Shown: piece by piece, positions 62,381-64,000 of the stretch
How the letters are laid out: each line of letters opens with the position of its first letter
How positions within the stretch are numbered: the stretch's first letter is position 1
DNA from: Candidatus Zixiibacteriota bacterium
Lineage (GTDB): Bacteria; RBG-13-66-14; B26-G2; WVWN01
Assembly: GCA_050117845.1 (NCBI GenBank)
Contig: JASFLY010000007.1
Coordinates: 42,130-106,129 of the forward strand
Direction of reading: 5' to 3'
Length of the DNA: 64,000 bases
Notes under the pieces: generated by a model
The model's input: only the letters and a program-made list of their open reading frames with translations
Told to the model about the DNA's origin: nothing
Database searches by the model: none
Program-made: the position numbers and the translations under genes

Positions 62381-63703
62381 TTAGAATTCCAGCGTGGGGC
62401 CTTCCCAGTTTTCGGCCTCCATCCACCCCACTTCGCCGCCCGGCGTTTCCACCTTGTACCATTTCGACGCCTCGTCCCGTCCCAGTACTTTTACTTCCTC
62501 GCCTTCAAAAACCGCGTCTATCGTCCTGGCCCAATCCGACGGAGACTCGCGCACTTCGATAGCCGAGGCGAGGACCTTCGCGGTCGGCGGCCCCTCTTCG
62601 ACCTCCGCCGGGGGCGGCGGCGCGTTCCCAACGTCGGGGTCCGCGCTCGCGACGGCGCTGAGGAAGATGAACCCCATAATGAGACCTATCACCGTTTGAA
62701 CGCAAATGGCCGCGGCGGCGACCAATACCGCCCTAACCAATTCCTTATTCCGGGCGGCTATCAGTATCCCATCGTCGTATTGCCGTTTGAATTCGTCGTC
62801 GTTTTCCAATAGATAAGTATGGTATTTTTCCCAAATATCCGAGTCTTTAAAGCCCGCTCGATTTATCAGGTCGAGCGCATATTTCCGGTACGTAACGTCG
62901 CGGTAATCGATCTCGGTCAGGAAATCGATATAGGCCATCAGTCGCCGCAGGAGGGCCTCGTCTATAAGCCCCCGCTGATAATAATAATCGTAAAAAAGGC
63001 TCAGCGTATTAATAACGCCCTTTTCGAACCGCGCTTTCTCTTCGTCCGTCTCGATTATCTCGCTTATTCCCCGCAGCATACGGAGCGGGTCTTCTATATC
63101 TACTACTTCAATAGGTTTTACGAACAGCAAGCCGATTTTCCCCCACAGCGCGGATTTATTCGTTGGGTCGTCGTATAGTATTTTTTCCAGGGCGCCCCCG
63201 GCCAGAGCGTAATTGCCTTTATTATATTCTACGAACGCCTCCTCGAAACTCGCTCGTACGTGCTCCGGTGACGCTTTGAACGCGGGGTTATCGCGAAATC
63301 CCGACTCGAATATAAAATACGGTTCGGCCGATACGTTAATATCCTTTTCTTCTCCCGCCGTCGATACGCTCCCCGAGCTTCTTTGTCGTCCCCGGGCGTA
63401 CCCGCAATCAATGCAATACCAGTACGGCGTACTCGCGTTTTTCAACATGGATACGCCGACGATTATTAGTATTATCCCGACGCAGGCCGGCGTGAGAAAC
63501 AAACCGATTATTATCATCGCCCAGCCGCCGACCTGGCTAGGTTGTTTCACCGTCAGAGTGCCGCCGCACTCCGGACACCTTTTGGCGTCGACGGCGAATT
63601 CGGTCCCGCAATGAGCGCACTTAACGATAGCCGCGCCCGGTTCGCGATGCAACGGCGCGCCGCAAGCGCTACATTTCAACTCTTGAGGGCTAATACGTTC
63701 CAT
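62381..63703 (-). CDS. Zn-ribbon / TM / TPR-like / TM / SH3b membrane protein
   Basis: CSACG..CAHCG; CPECG..(TM hairpin)..CIDCG; helical middle; TM; WYKVETPGGEVGWM. Confidence 0.7.
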   Translation of the reverse strand: MERISPQELKCSACGAPLHREPGAAIVKCAHCGTEFAVDAKRCPECGGTLTVKQPSQVGGWAMIIIGLFLTPACVGIILIIVGVSMLKNASTPYWYCIDCGYARGRQRSSGSVSTAGEEKDINVSAEPYFIFESGFRDNPAFKASPEHVRASFEEAFVEYNKGNYALAGGALEKILYDDPTNKSALWGKIGLLFVKPIEVVDIEDPLRMLRGISEIIETDEEKARFEKGVINTLSLFYDYYYQRGLIDEALLRRLMAYIDFLTEIDYRDVTYRKYALDLINRAGFKDSDIWEKYHTYLLENDDEFKRQYDDGILIAARNKELVRAVLVAAAAICVQTVIGLIMGFIFLSAVASADPDVGNAPPPPAEVEEGPPTAKVLASAIEVRESPSDWARTIDAVFEGEEVKVLGRDEASKWYKVETPGGEVGWMEAENWEGPTLEF

Positions 63704-63798
63704 AGGCTTACCCGTATGAAGTCCCGGCCGGGAACGACGGCGCTCGGAGATACCGGGCCGGCCGCCGGCGGAAGTATTACGTTATAATCGTTTGAAGG

Positions 63799-63835
63799 AA
63801 AAGCGCCCCTCCCGGCCAAAACCGGCGAGGGGCGC
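63799..63835 (-). repeat. Conserved bulged hairpin plus U-tract, copy B
   Basis: Minus strand GCGCCCCTCGCCGGT-TTTG-GCCGGGAGGGGCGCTTTT. Confidence 0.85.
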
Positions 63836-63897
63836 GAATAACCGTCACCGTCGCTTTATACCGCTCCCTTCCCCGAATGCTCTAAGCTATCATAAAT

Positions 63898-63926
63898 ATA
63901 ATAGCCGTATCCGGGGAAGTTGTCAA
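63898..63926 (-). promoter_or_regulatory. sigma70 promoter related to 62017-62045
   Basis: TTGACA-ACTTCCCCGGATACGGC (17 nt)-TATTAT; shares CTTGACAAC and ATACGGCTAT with the other copy. Confidence 0.8.
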
Positions 63927-63946
63927 GAGGGGTATATTATTATTGC

Positions 63947-64000
63947 CAGGCAGGAATGCCTGGCTCACGAAACGGATACCGGCCGCTTCAGCGGCCGGTC
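63947..64000. repeat. Start of a second REP-like cluster (probably truncated by the window end)
   Basis: CAGGCAGGAATGCCTGGCTCAC plus AAACGGATACCGGCCGCTTCAGCGGCCGGT, the latter identical to 62247-62276. Confidence 0.8.

Overview
GC-rich bacterial chromosomal segment, mostly minus-strand genes. It probably comes from a diderm candidate-phylum (FCB-associated) organism; this is an inference from T9SS/FlgD-Ig-type C-terminal domains, TonB/OM barrels and lipoproteins. Housekeeping content: split transketolase, pckA, HU, a cobalamin riboswitch controlling btuF-btuC-btuD-btuB, a GATase, an FTCD_C cyclohydrolase, an acyl-CoA synthetase and DUF58/BatA. Accessory content is dominated by envelope and secreted proteins: four tandem paralogous GT-C-like membrane proteins, four secreted enzymes with a T9SS-like Ig C-terminal domain, and three unrelated secreted proteins that all end in a short conserved tail V-x-P-x-S-[LV]-G-x-[IV]-[KR]-A-[IL]-[YF]-x (candidate novel C-terminal sorting signal). 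There is also a PAS/GAF class III cyclase with a PAS-only paralog next to it. The right end holds a low-GC cluster of small ORFs and two copies of a unit made of a REP-like mosaic, a consensus sigma70 promoter, a ~57 nt variable segment and a conserved hairpin/U-tract (candidate sRNA or leader family). No rRNA, tRNA, CRISPR array, transposase, integrase or reverse transcriptase was recognised. All family assignments come from motif recognition by eye, not from database searches.
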